From Candidatus Saccharimonadota bacterium (GTDB taxonomy: Bacteria > Patescibacteriota > Saccharimonadia > Saccharimonadales > UBA4665), in contig CP064992.1 in assembly GCA_016699935.1 (NCBI GenBank), positions 120,001 to 152,000 of the forward strand: a stretch of 32,000 bases of DNA. The letters run 5' to 3'. Of the stretch, positions 16,305 through 26,735 are shown in pieces. A program made the translations under genes and the position numbers. How positions within the stretch are numbered: the first letter of the stretch is position 1; each line of letters begins with the position of its first letter. The notes beneath the pieces were generated by a model. That model saw nothing but the letters and a program-made list of their open reading frames with translations. It was not told the DNA's origin and ran no database searches.

Positions 16305-17951
16305 TTAGGGCTTCACCTTATTCCGCAGTGGTCGAAGATATTGGCGCAGAATAACTGCCTTCTTTTCGCCAACCACTTTGGCGAGCTCCCAGTCACGTGC
16401 CTGCATAACACCGCGCATACTGCCGAAAGTTTTGAGCAGTTTTTTGCGTGTAGCTGGGCCGATGGTGGGAATATCGTCTAGCAGGCTAGCTGTTTGCTGT
16501 TTCACCTTCAGTGTCGAATGGTAGCTTACGGCAAAACGATGCGACTCATCGCGGATGCGCTGTAATAGTTTAACAAGATTAGTATTGTGCGGTAGGTTCA
16601 CCAAAATGAAATCATCTGTCTCAGTCGTGTAACCCCCTAGCTTATGCAGCATCTCCGTGTTAAGAGTCACATTTGATCCGGCACTGTCATCTTGAGCGGA
16701 GGGAACCAAAGCCGAAAGATCCTTTCTAGGTACTAAAGAAGATTCTTCGACTTCGCTCAGAATGACCCGATCCGAAATCAGTGATTTCTTTATAACTATC
16801 TGCTCCTCCCTTTTAGCCAGCCCAATCATCCGCAGCTTGCTCAAGGACAGTCCTTGAGCACCAAGTCTGATAGAGATTTCGTTGCGGGCGCGGATGGCGG
16901 CGTCTAGCTGCCCTTTGCCGCCGTCTATCAGTAGAAGATCGGGCATACCCCAAGCCTTAATATTTTTCTCGCTCAAGCGACGAGTTATGGTTTCGTTCAT
17001 ATTGTAGAAGTCATCGTTTTGCTGGCGCGACATTTTGAATTTGCGGTATTGCCCCTTGTCGCTCACTCCATTGGTGAAAACGACCATACTCGCAACTACA
17101 TTAGTACCCTGCATATGTGATATGTCAAAACCCTCTATACGGCGTGGATATTTTTCTAAGCCGAGTAAATCTACCAGTTCGGTGAGTGCGTGATCTTTGG
17201 AAATATCCAGGAACTCTTTGTCGCTGAAAATGACCTGTTTGCCAAGGTTCTGGAGTGCGAGCATTTGGTTTCGCAACTTCTGCTGCGAGCTCAAAATTTT
17301 GCGATTTGCTCGCAATTTTCATTTCTTTTTCCACCTGGCGAATAATCTTATCACGCTTGCCTTCGATGACGGCAATGAGCTTACGCAAATTTGCCCGATA
17401 CTCCGACAGATTCGTCTTGCCCTCCTCTAACCCGGGGTCTAGACCAAGATGATAATACAAGCTAACGCGTTTTTGCCCAGTTGGCTTGGAATAGGCAAAT
17501 GGAAAGATACGCCGCAGGAGCTTCAGTGCTTGACGCACACTAAAGGTGCTAAAGTACGGTCCATAGTAGCGCGCACCATCGTCGAGCGGCCGTCGCGTAG
17601 TACTCACCGTGGGGTATTCGCTGTCATAATCTATGCGTATGTAGTAGCTCATGGCTTTATCGTCGCGAAGCAAGATGTTGTAGCGCGGCATGTAGCGACG
17701 AATCATTTCAGCCTCAAGAAAAAGTGCCTCGAGCTCGCTCTCCACTTCCATCCAGTCGGTGTCTGCTATCTCGGCAACCAGTGCTTCTGTTTTGGGATCG
17801 CGCCCCGGCTCGCCTGAAAATACTGCCGCACCCGATTCCGCAGCACTGCCGCCTTCCCCACATAAATAATCTCTCCCGCCACATCCTTATGAAAATACAC
17901 CCCCGGGGTTTTGGGTAGAGTCTTTAGTTTATTTATGAGTATGGTTTTCAC
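16305..17951 (-). CDS. uvrC: Excinuclease ABC subunit C, frame-interrupted, with in-frame palindromic insertions
   Basis: GIY-YIG N-terminus: [33 protein letters not shown] (ORF 17766-18020). Middle part: ORF 17125-17751. C-terminal nuclease/HhH: [52 protein letters not shown] (ORF 16305-17315). Confidence 0.9.
16686..16766. repeat. 81-nt inverted-repeat-bounded hairpin module inside the uvrC ORF
   Basis: gtcatcttgagcg (16686-16698) pairs with cgctcagaatgac (16754-16766): 11 WC pairs, 1 G-U, 1 mismatch. Inner hairpin gaaag-atc-ctttc (16714-16726). Translated in-frame as ...[31 protein letters not shown]... Confidence 0.6.
16840..16860. repeat. 21-nt perfect palindrome inside the uvrC ORF, sharing its core with the hairpin at 31043-31084
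   Basis: gctcaagga-cag-tccttgagc. The 16-nt string ggacagtccttgagca recurs at 31059-31074. Confidence 0.7.
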
Positions 17952-18038
17952 GCTAATTAATATTGTAGCAATAGTCAGATTAAGATAGATCAGCGCGGCG
18001 AGCAATAATTTCCAGCTCAAGTTTTTCTCTAAACGCTT

Positions 18039-18371
18039 TTAGGCGCGGATTAGGCTTTCGGGCATTGTCGACTTGCGCCAACATGATTTGGGCTCGGCGA
18101 ATACGCGAATAACATCATCTGTGGCTTTGTGTCCATTCTTGGTAGATTGAAGTGCACCCTCCGAGTCAATGACAACCACCCCTTCTTCTTCCAGGATTGC
18201 TCCCACACCGTGCAGTATTCCAGCACGTTCTTTCGGATGAGTGTGTAATTCGTGCGCTATAACACTTGCGGCTAAGTTTGTTACTCCATCTGATCCAATT
18301 TGGTCTGTGGTAGTGATATCGGATTCATGCGACATATATAATATTTTAGCATAAATGGTTATGTCTTGCAA
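18039..18371 (-). CDS. Hypothetical small protein
   Basis: 110-aa ORF (likelier start MSHESD at 18335). No motif recognised. Confidence 0.4.
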   Translation of the reverse strand: MQDITIYAKILYMSHESDITTTDQIGSDGVTNLAASVIAHELHTHPKERAGILHGVGAILEEEGVVVIDSEGALQSTKNGHKATDDVIRVFAEPKSCWRKSTMPESLIRA

Positions 18372-18374
18372 TAT

Positions 18375-19232
18375 TTACTTTGGCAGAGGGAGAAGAAGCC
18401 GAGAATTATTTATATATTGCCGCCAGCCCTCGCGTTTGCGTAAACGGGCTTCTTTGGGGGGGATGCCGGAAATGTAGACTATGAGGTAGGTTATGACAGC
18501 TGCGCCGCCTAGGCCGACCCAGCCGTGGGCTGTACCGAGAGCCATGAGTGCGATGCCCCACCACATTGTCAATTCACCAAAGTAGTTTGGATAGCGAGCG
18601 TACTTCCATAGGCCTTTGGTCATGAGCTTGCCACGGTTTTCAGGACGGGCGAGAAAGTGCCGCAGCTGAGCATCGGCCACCACTTCGCAGACAAACCCCA
18701 CAACCCACACCGCGACGCCTAGTACCATCCATACATTCCACGATACTTCCTGACTAATGCAGATGTGGATGACCGGTATAGACACCAGCAGCGCCAAAAG
18801 CGACTGGACAATATATATGCGCAGATAAGCATTCAGTGCGCGGTTACCACGCCACTTTTTCATTAGCTCCACGTAGCGTTCATCGGTGCTCGTAGAGCGC
18901 AGAAACCGCCGCCCAATGTGCCAGGCCAGGCGAAGCCCCCACGCATACACCATACCCATCACAGCCGTTGCTGGGTTCAACCCAACAGTGTACGGACCTA
19001 TTATAAATGCTGCCGTCGCAATGGCGATGAAGGTCAACCCCCACGCCGTGTCGACCAAATCAAACCTCTTCCACACAAGTGCAACAATATACACTACGGT
19101 AAGCAGTAGTAGCCCAGCCAACCAGCAAAGTGCCATTTTACCCAAGATAGTGCCGAGCATATCATTGCTAGTTAGCGTCATGATAGCCATTGCACTGTAC
19201 CCTATAAAAAAGATTTGAAGCAGACGTTTCAT
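18375..19232 (-). CDS. DUF1295 / steroid 5-alpha-reductase-like membrane protein
   Basis: 285 aa, multi-TM, with the motif LWKYARYPNYFGELTMWWG typical of DUF1295. Confidence 0.75.
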   Translation of the reverse strand: MKRLLQIFFIGYSAMAIMTLTSNDMLGTILGKMALCWLAGLLLLTVVYIVALVWKRFDLVDTAWGLTFIAIATAAFIIGPYTVGLNPATAVMGMVYAWGLRLAWHIGRRFLRSTSTDERYVELMKKWRGNRALNAYLRIYIVQSLLALLVSIPVIHICISQEVSWNVWMVLGVAVWVVGFVCEVVADAQLRHFLARPENRGKLMTKGLWKYARYPNYFGELTMWWGIALMALGTAHGWVGLGGAAVITYLIVYISGIPPKEARLRKREGWRQYINNSRLLLPLPK

Positions 19233-19627
19233 TAGCGGTGCAAAAGCAGATAGGATACGCCTGCAACGGTCGCTGTTAGGAGCGCGCCCCAGACAAGGTC
19301 AACAATCACCACTTTGGTAGTGAAACCCTTTATAGTAGCAAGATTTGTCAGGTCGTAAGTGGCGTAAGCCACAAAGCCAAATAGGGCGCCTCTACCCAGT
19401 GCATAGGCCAACGATCCCTTTTCTAGCGCCGGTGAAATCACAAAAGTTACAACACCGACGACATAAATGGCGTAAAACAACACTGCCGCCGTCATATTCG
19501 GCTTATCGAGTAGGAGCTTGCCAATTTGCGAACGATAAAAAGTCTTCGCTACCGTCCCCAACCATATGAAATCGAGAACACCCATCACCCCACTTGCGAC
19601 TATTAGTTGTGCCCAAATTGATTGCAT
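19232..19627 (-). CDS. DUF2177 membrane protein
   Basis: Start MQSIWAQ at 19627 after the RBS aggggg. 4 TM helices. The stop overlaps the DUF1295 start. Confidence 0.65.
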   Translation of the reverse strand: MQSIWAQLIVASGVMGVLDFIWLGTVAKTFYRSQIGKLLLDKPNMTAAVLFYAIYVVGVVTFVISPALEKGSLAYALGRGALFGFVAYATYDLTNLATIKGFTTKVVIVDLVWGALLTATVAGVSYLLLHR

Positions 19628-19722
19628 AGTTCCCCCTTTGTGCGTCCATTGTAGCACACTCAGCGGCCGATAATCAGTGGTGTTGTATGTAACTTTTTTG
19701 CCGTATAGTTTGTATGTAGGAT

Positions 19723-20249
19723 ATGCAAGATGATACTGAAGCAGAACTAATTACCCGCAGTCGAGATAATGATACCGAGGCGTTTGGTGTCTTAGTAGAC
19801 CGATATAAAACAGCACTGTATCACCATTGTTTCACACTTGTACGTAATGAGGATACGGCCGAAGACATTGCGCAGGAAACATTTATAGCCGCCTACTACG
19901 CTCTTAGTAAATTCAATCCAGAAAAGGAAAGCTGAGTACTTGGCTTTTCAAAATCGCAACCAACAAAGCCCTAAACTGGCTCAAACGCGAAGCGCGTTCG
20001 ATTGCTGCGACAGACGAGCTTATCGCCGGGATAGCATCTACCCAACCCGGACCAGCAGAATCAGCCCTGCAGTGCGAACTACACAACGCTGTAGAACATC
20101 TACAGCCTAAATACCGCGCCGTGATCAGTTTGTACTACTGGCAGGGATTCAATTACCGCGAAATTGCCGATGTCCTCGGCGCACCTTTGGGCAGCGTGAA
20201 AGTATGGATGCAACGTGCAAAGCATAATTTACGAAAGGAGCTCACATGA
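19723..20249 (+). CDS. ECF-type sigma-70 factor, one frame interruption
   Basis: Region 2: FGVLVDRYKTALYHHCFTLVRNEDTAEDIAQETFIAAY (ORF 19723-19935). Region 4 in another frame: YRAVISLYYWQGFNYREIADVLGAPLGSVKVWMQRAKHNLRKEL, ending at TGA 20247-20249. The shift is near 19925-19932. Confidence 0.85.
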
Positions 20250-21566
20250 AATCTAGCAAAGATATTGAAGCATTGCTCTCAAATCAAATGCCACCGGAAC
20301 CGCAGCGCGATCTTGGATTAAATTTTACCCAACGCCTACTAGTAGAGTTAAGGGAAAATCCGAAACTAAAACGCCGCCCATGGTGGCAGCAATATCTACC
20401 GTTTCACACGCCCGCCACTGCCCTTGCTAGTCTAATTGTACTAGTGATATTGAGCAGTACGGCCTATGCCGCTACTGATGGATTCACCAAGCTACCGTCG
20501 TTTCTAAACATACGTCACACCCAAGAACAAACACTTGTCAATGGTGATAGGATTATTTCGATTGGCACTCAGGGTTGCAAAATCCAAGAGTGGGACGAGT
20601 CAGTAAAAACTAGTAGCCGACGACAGAACATACCTTTACCGTGTGAAAGCTGGTGCTTCAATGTCAGTAGAGCAAGTCGCGCAAATGATTCAGGGTAAAT
20701 GTGAATTTGACGCCCAAACCAACAATGGCGTACGTCAGTCAGCGCTTGATGCCTACAACGCATCCCACCCTACCGATAAAGAAACCCTTGTTGGGGGCTA
20801 TGCGAACGAAATTATTACTGCCATTACCCCAAATAGTCTGAGCACCCACGGCGAAATGCAATATAATGGCACCTTGAGAAAATACGATCTGACCTTCCTT
20901 AACATTTCACCAGATGCGATTGTTGGTGAGAAAAGCCAAAATAATGGTTGGAGTAGTCTCCGTGTGGGGGACAGTATAGCGTATGTTTATCGAGCAAAAG
21001 GTAAAGCACTTGCTAACTCTGAGATTACCCCGCCATGGGAGTTAAATACAGACGAAGCAACCATTGTGTATGTTGAAAAAAACCCAACGAACGTGCGTGC
21101 GTACTTTGATTTTACAAACCACTTCGGGATTGATTTTGAAGAAGTCGTCCCCTGCCAACAAGGGCCAGGTGGCTACTGCGCCAAATACGGGCCGACTGCT
21201 CCTCCCCGCACCGAGCTAGACAACACACCTGCCTCCATGGTCATTCAAGATGCATACATGTACCTTAGCAACAGCTATGAGCAGTACATCAACTCAAGCA
21301 GTCCCTCCGCAGTCACAGACCTTCGACATAAATTCATCGAATCTTTTGCGCCTGAATTAGCCAAGAAAATCGCTGAATCACCCGACTATAATGCTGCTCT
21401 ATGTGGGCACTCTATGACCAAATTTTTCACTCCGCAAAATGCCAAGCAATCAGATCAAAACGTCGTAAGAGACATTGTTTTTACCGCCAATGACGGTAGT
21501 GAGTTTACCGTAACCTTGACAGCCAGTATACAAACAAACCGCATCACTAATATCACATGCGAATAA
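20246..21566 (+). CDS. Membrane-anchored anti-sigma-like protein with a large extracytoplasmic domain, one frame interruption
   Basis: ATG overlaps the sigma stop (ATGA). There is a single TM (ALASLIVLVILSSTAYA). ORFs 20246-20698 and 20643-21566 join near 20610-20630. The C-terminal domain is unassigned. Confidence 0.55.
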
Positions 21567-21654
21567 AGAACATGCATGCAACAGGGGCATTTATCAGCTG
21601 TGCTTGAAAAAAGTTGCTTATATTTCCCCTTTTGAGCCAGTTATATAAGATACA

Positions 21655-22524
21655 CTATTTGGTAGTATGTACTTTTGTCGACTTACTATTGGCAGCCGAG
21701 GCTATGATAGTTCCAACTAATATGGCGGCGCACAGTACGGGAAGAAAATTGATCGATAGCGTAAAACCACCATTGCTCAAATCAAACCCAAACAGTTTAA
21801 ACCCTTCCGAACCAAGTGTAAAACGACCCTGGTAGTTCAAAAACGATAGTACCAGAGAAACCAACATCGAGGAGATTACGAGGCCAAAGAAAGTTACAAT
21901 CACCGCATTCGAAAAACGCGGCCACCAACCAGCTGCCTTGTCACGTGCTGCTAACGAATCTGCCAATCGCTTCGGCAAAGTTTGCTCGCCGTAAACTTCA
22001 ATGCTGTTTTTATTGTCGACAAACATCACACCCGGTATTTTCCTAAAGCGCCAAATCTGACGAATCAACCACATGTCGCCTATTGCACCTGCCAGGTTAC
22101 CTACAAAAGCAACAGCGGCATAGGGTGCTGTCGATGGAAATAATGCTGCTACAAAAACTGCCAAAGCACATATTATGAAGAGGGGGGCAAGACTAATATA
22201 AGTCATCTGCCTCCGGCTATAAGGATCTCCTTCAGAAGTTGCATAGGCGTAAGGCAATATGTAGTACATCATGCCAACACCATAACGAGGATTGCCACCG
22301 AACAATTTAAAAAATAGACCATGTACAGCTTCGTGTATCATGATTGTCGAAAAATATACCAAGACACTCACCAGCGGGTTGCCAAAAGAGCCTTTGTCGC
22401 CAACGATAAATGAGAATAACGAGACACCGATAAACATCAAGACGACAGAGTATCCACTAAGCCGAATTGTTTGTGAAAAATTGATTTTTATAGAGTACAA
22501 ATGCTGCTGTAAAACTTCTTTCAT
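21655..22524 (-). CDS. DUF3267-like putative membrane zinc metallopeptidase
   Basis: 289 aa, multi-TM, with HEAVHGLFFKLFGG (HExxH). Confidence 0.65.
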   Translation of the reverse strand: MKEVLQQHLYSIKINFSQTIRLSGYSVVLMFIGVSLFSFIVGDKGSFGNPLVSVLVYFSTIMIHEAVHGLFFKLFGGNPRYGVGMMYYILPYAYATSEGDPYSRRQMTYISLAPLFIICALAVFVAALFPSTAPYAAVAFVGNLAGAIGDMWLIRQIWRFRKIPGVMFVDNKNSIEVYGEQTLPKRLADSLAARDKAAGWWPRFSNAVIVTFFGLVISSMLVSLVLSFLNYQGRFTLGSEGFKLFGFDLSNGGFTLSINFLPVLCAAILVGTIIASAANSKSTKVHTTK

Positions 22525-22569
22525 TGCAACAGTATAGCGTGGGATTTTCCGCTATCAATGATAAACGCA

Positions 22570-23097
22570 CTAGCTGGCTACTAGCTCTGCTAGCTTACGG
22601 GCGGTGTTGACATTGCGAACCGTCATAAACTGGTAAAGTGGTGTGCCGATGACTCTCAGAAGGCTGCTGCGTGATTGATTTTTACGATCTATGCTAAACA
22701 ACAAAGCACCTTTCGTATAGACTGCTGTCTCGATGTCAGAGTTGCAGCCTAGCTTCATGGCGATCGTGGCGTCATCTGCCTCCGGGAAAAGGTAAGCAAC
22801 ATCAGACTTTTGCAAGGTGTCATTTTGCCAGCCCTCTGGGATCGCCTCGGCTATCCGACATATGTGATCAGCATCGAGAATGAGCATGGCAGGGCTAAAC
22901 CCAAAGGTAATCTCGAGCTTTTTATGGAGGACAATTTCGTCAGGTATCTTCGCAGATTCAAACACAACGTTGCCGCTGTTTATATAGGTTGAAACAGCGC
23001 TGAATCCAGCCTGCTCAAAGCACGCCTTAAGCTCTGCCATTGGAACCTTCTTATTCCCACCAACATTGATACCCCGGAGTAAAGCTACATATTTCAT
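22570..23097 (-). CDS. DUF1697 protein
   Basis: MKYVALLRGINVGGNKKVPMAELK is the characteristic N-terminus. Confidence 0.75.
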   Translation of the reverse strand: MKYVALLRGINVGGNKKVPMAELKACFEQAGFSAVSTYINSGNVVFESAKIPDEIVLHKKLEITFGFSPAMLILDADHICRIAEAIPEGWQNDTLQKSDVAYLFPEADDATIAMKLGCNSDIETAVYTKGALLFSIDRKNQSRSSLLRVIGTPLYQFMTVRNVNTARKLAELVAS

Positions 23098-23099
23098 GG

Positions 23100-23798
23100 T
23101 TATACCTCTTTCACTATCTGGTTCAAAACGCGCCGTGCTTTCGGTTTAGGCGGATCTATACGATAGCCCAGCGCGAGCATGACGACTGGCAAATCTTGCT
23201 TTGGAACAATACATTGTCGCGCTTCTAAAAGTTGGCTAACCTTTTCAATTTTGAATCCTTCGATGGCACACGAATCAATACCCCTCATAGCTGCTACGGT
23301 CATCATGTTCCCAAGTGCAATGTAAGCCTGGCGCGCCGCCCATTCATGAAGGAGCTGTGGAGCTTCGAGTCGACCATAATCCTCAGTTAGCCATTTTTTG
23401 TAAAATGCAACGTACTCGCCTGCCTCTGTCTCACTCAAGCCCCGAACTGTTTGGAGCGCGTGCTTAGCGTAAGGCGCATCTGGCAACATAGCGGCAGATG
23501 TCTTGGCGGTAAAAATTACGAAGTGGCTCGCCGTCGGCAGCTGCCCTTGCGCACCCCAGCACCATGGTAGTAGTTCTTTGCGAAAAGAATCATCGTTGAC
23601 GACAATGATGTTCCACGGTTCCAGACCGAACGAGCTTGGCGACAGGCGAGCTACTTCAAGCAGAAGCTCAAACTCACTGTCGGGAATCTTTTTGGTACCG
23701 TCAAATCGCTTGGCCGCGTGCCGAAAATTAAATGCTGTTTGAATATGATCTTTTGATACCATGTCATCATCCATGCACTCATAATACACCTTCGTCAT
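23100..23798 (-). CDS. Nitroreductase-family NAD(P)H oxidoreductase
   Basis: FNFRHAAKRFDGTKKIPDSEFELLLEVARLSPSSFGLEPW is the nitroreductase signature region. Confidence 0.8.
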   Translation of the reverse strand: MTKVYYECMDDDMVSKDHIQTAFNFRHAAKRFDGTKKIPDSEFELLLEVARLSPSSFGLEPWNIIVVNDDSFRKELLPWCWGAQGQLPTASHFVIFTAKTSAAMLPDAPYAKHALQTVRGLSETEAGEYVAFYKKWLTEDYGRLEAPQLLHEWAARQAYIALGNMMTVAAMRGIDSCAIEGFKIEKVSQLLEARQCIVPKQDLPVVMLALGYRIDPPKPKARRVLNQIVKEV

Positions 23799-23959
23799 TT
23801 TTCACTTCCACCACTTTAGTTTTTTTAAAACAGCTGTAACCAAGAATACTTAGAGTGTTTGCAAGTGATGGATCGAAGCCAATAATGATTTTAAGGCCTA
23901 TTGAGCAATATGCACAGTATAACAACGGTAGTATAATGTGACTATAAAAAGGAGGAGAC

Positions 23960-24175
23960 ATGGAAAAATTCGTAGATTTTGCTAGTGGTAAACAAGGTAG
24001 ATCACTTCGAATCGTAGTCGGAGCAGTGCTGGTGTGTGTTGCAGTAGCTGGGAATAAAGGCACTACGGCTTGGGTGATAGGTATCCTGGGAGTCCTTTTG
24101 ATACTTTCGGGCGTCTTGAAAGTATGCTTGCTGAACAAACTCGTTGGCCGCCCTTTCAACGCCTGCCCCAATTAA
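23960..24175 (+). CDS. DUF2892 (YgaP-like) small membrane protein
   Basis: 71 aa. GRSLRIVVGAVLV...GILGVLLILSGVLKVCLL. RBS aggagg upstream. Confidence 0.65.
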   Translation: MEKFVDFASGKQGRSLRIVVGAVLVCVAVAGNKGTTAWVIGILGVLLILSGVLKVCLLNKLVGRPFNACPN

Positions 24176-24176
24176 A

Positions 24177-24533
24177 TTATCCGGCTATTTCTTTGACCCG
24201 ATACTCCACGACTCGTTTGACTAATTCAAGCGGCAACGGCTGTTCATGAGGAAACTGCACCGAGCCTTTACCTTGTTTATAAAGAGCAAATTCTTTCTTG
24301 AATGCTTCGTGGCCGTTCGGTGTGGCATAAAAGCCAATATGATTGGCAAAACCTCCGAAATAGACCAAAGGCTTGCCTCGCAGTTTGTAACCAATCAGCC
24401 CATAGCTAATCTGCTCAACTGCCTCAGGAGTCGTTTCGCGGATCACTGCGCGGATTGCTTGCAGCCGCTGGCGAATTTTCTCGTCATAGCTAGCTATGTA
24501 TCCATCTACCAAAAGTTCTTTTTTGTCCTTCAT
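24177..24533 (-). CDS. DUF1801 (YdhG-like) protein
   Basis: 118 aa. ...ISYGLIGYKLRGKPLVYFGGFANHIGFY... Confidence 0.7.
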   Translation of the reverse strand: MKDKKELLVDGYIASYDEKIRQRLQAIRAVIRETTPEAVEQISYGLIGYKLRGKPLVYFGGFANHIGFYATPNGHEAFKKEFALYKQGKGSVQFPHEQPLPLELVKRVVEYRVKEIAG

Positions 24534-24545
24534 GACGTTAAAGCT

Positions 24546-25012
24546 TTAAGCTGACTCCAGCTGAGCAATATCGATCTTCTTCATCTGCATCATCTCCTGG
24601 ATGGCCAAGGGGTTAGACATGAGTTCGTTCATGTTTTCAGGAATTATTTGCCAACTGACGCCATAGCGATCTTTGCACCAACCACACTGTTCAGCCTCTA
24701 GCACATGCGAAAGCTTCGACCAAAAATAGTCTATTTCGGTTTGGTCTTTGCAGCTGACATGAAAAGACACCGCTTCACTGAAAGTAAATTGTGGACCACC
24801 GTCTAGGCACATAAAACGCTGCCCGGCCAGCTCAAATACGCCAGTAATAACCTTGCCGCTCATCCCCTCGAAATGCTCATTGAGAGATTCGTCTGGATAT
24901 CTTTCTATATGCAAAATTCTTGAATCTGGAAAACACTACAATAGTAGTTCATCGCCGCCTCAGCGTCTCGGTTAAACCACAAAAATGGAGTGATTTTCTG
25001 TATGTCTGTCAT
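24546..25012 (-). CDS. PhnB-like / VOC-superfamily protein (3-demethylubiquinone methyltransferase-like domain), one frame interruption
   Basis: N-terminus MTDIQKITPFLWFNRDAEAAMNYYCSVF from ATG 25012 joins ORF 24546-24914 (GKVITGVFELAGQRFMCLDGGP...CGWCKDRYGVSWQI). The shift lies in a T4/C2 run (plus-strand 24928-24933). Confidence 0.75.
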
Positions 25013-25013
25013 A

Positions 25014-25431
25014 TTACAAAACCGATAATATCCAGGCGGCAACCATAAGACAAGTCAGCGAGCCTCCAGCCATTACAGCTATTTTCTTGGTTACCCATTT
25101 GGGTTTTGTGCCACAAAAACGACTGCTGAAACCTGCGTCGGTAAAACAAAGCCAAACCACATCCAACCAGCTAGCATGTACGCTGAATCATTTGGTTGTG
25201 CCGATATCACATGAGCAAGAACAAAGGCTGTGATGAACGCCATAGCAAGCTGTATGGCTAGCAGTGGTACCATTTGTTTTTGCATTTGAGACTGCGTTTT
25301 TTGTCTAGAGCATCAAAACCATGAATCTTACCCCAAAGTTTACCAAAGAGCGGCATATACCATATTGCCCCGACGGCGAATTGTGCTACCGCCGCGACTA
25401 ACACTGCACTCAATTTAACATCTATGTCCAT
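25014..25431 (-). CDS. DUF1761 membrane protein, frame-interrupted
   Basis: MDIDVKLSAVLVAAVAQFAVGAIWYMPLFGKLWG from ATG 25431, then ORF 25091-25285, then the tail KWVTKKIAVMAGGSLTCLMVAAWILSVL ending at TAA 25014-25016. Confidence 0.65.
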
Positions 25432-25555
25432 TATAAACTCAATTATTCACCCTTCATTTTACACTCAACCCAGCCAAATTCCTGTACAAATTTTTCACAC
25501 CCCAAAAAACCCTCTTCCAAACATCCGATTCCACTTTTATTGCCGTACGGCAGCT

Positions 25556-26172
25556 TTAGTGGAATGTATTAAAACTTGGTTTCGGGATATTTTTTGCGGA
25601 AGCGAGCGATGAGAGGCTTGCTGTTGGCAAGCTTATTTGATTCAAAAATGTCACATACTTGTCCACGCCACATCTTACTGCAATAGATTCAACGTCCTTT
25701 TGGCATGGGAAAGGTGTGATTAGTACACTGCGCTGCAGCTGAAAAAACCATAGCGACGAAGCTCTGACTGAAAAGCTTTGCGCCCAGCAGTTGCTGTATC
25801 TGGAATATCATATAGTACTATCCGCCATATTCGATCCCATACTTTTTGTGGTTGGGCTATCAGCTTTTCGGTATCAGTACGTTCTAGGCGAAGACGTGCT
25901 TTTTCGGTGAGTTGCAAACCATGTTCATAATTTCCCGCCAGGTAGCCCCGTTCTTTCATATAGTAAATAACCCGGCGCGCTTCACGGGCACGATCTTTTT
26001 CGTCCAGATGTGTATATAACTTTTTTAGTGGCTTATCTAGCGCAATAAGAATATTTGGAGCTAGCATCATTGCTCCCACAGTGGCAGTTAGTGATCCAAA
26101 CCGGATAATCTCATCAACTACTTTTCCTGTAACTTCCCGTTTACTCATTCCACTATTGTAGCCGTTCGGCAA
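25556..26172 (-). CDS. PaaX-like / Cas2-fold domain regulator-like protein, one frame interruption
   Basis: WDRIWRIVLYDIPDTATAGRKAFQSELRRYGF followed (after a shift in the A6 run at 25742-25747) by FQLQRSVLITPFPCQKDVESIAV... Confidence 0.5.
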
Positions 26173-26186
26173 GGAAAGTGGAATAT

Positions 26187-26735
26187 TTAGGATTTGTTTT
26201 TTAGGATGTGGTGACGATATTCGTTGGCTAACATATAGGTTTGGGTATCGCGGACACGATCGACAAAAAGTATTCCCTGCAGATGATCGCTTTCGTGCTG
26301 AAAAACATGAGCGACAAAACCCGTTAACTCCTCGTCATGTCGCTGGCAAAATTCGTCGACCCATTGGGCTCGAATGTGCCTATACCGTAATGCTTTGCCA
26401 TACAATGTGTTATTGCCAGTACCAGCACTTTGGCACCCCTCCCACAGACCAGTTCGTCGGCCGACACCTTGATACTGTGGGTTGATGATAACCATTTCGA
26501 TGGGTTTGAATTCTGGGTGATTTGGCGTCGGTTTGATACCGATGACACTTACTGCCACACCTACACCGATTTGTGGCGCCGCTAGACCTACCCCATACTT
26601 TTTCACCTCATTTAAATCGCGCATATCCGTAATCAGACGCTGTATTTCACTTGATTTGATTTCTTCATGCGTCAAGTGTCTTGCCACTTGACGTAAAATG
26701 GGATTACCAAATTGACATAGCTTTATACTTTTCAT
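26187..26735 (-). CDS. def: Peptide deformylase
   Basis: GVGLAAPQIG, EGCQS (an EGCLS variant) and QHESDHLQG motifs, in order. Confidence 0.9.
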   Translation of the reverse strand: MKSIKLCQFGNPILRQVARHLTHEEIKSSEIQRLITDMRDLNEVKKYGVGLAAPQIGVGVAVSVIGIKPTPNHPEFKPIEMVIINPQYQGVGRRTGLWEGCQSAGTGNNTLYGKALRYRHIRAQWVDEFCQRHDEELTGFVAHVFQHESDHLQGILFVDRVRDTQTYMLANEYRHHILKNKS

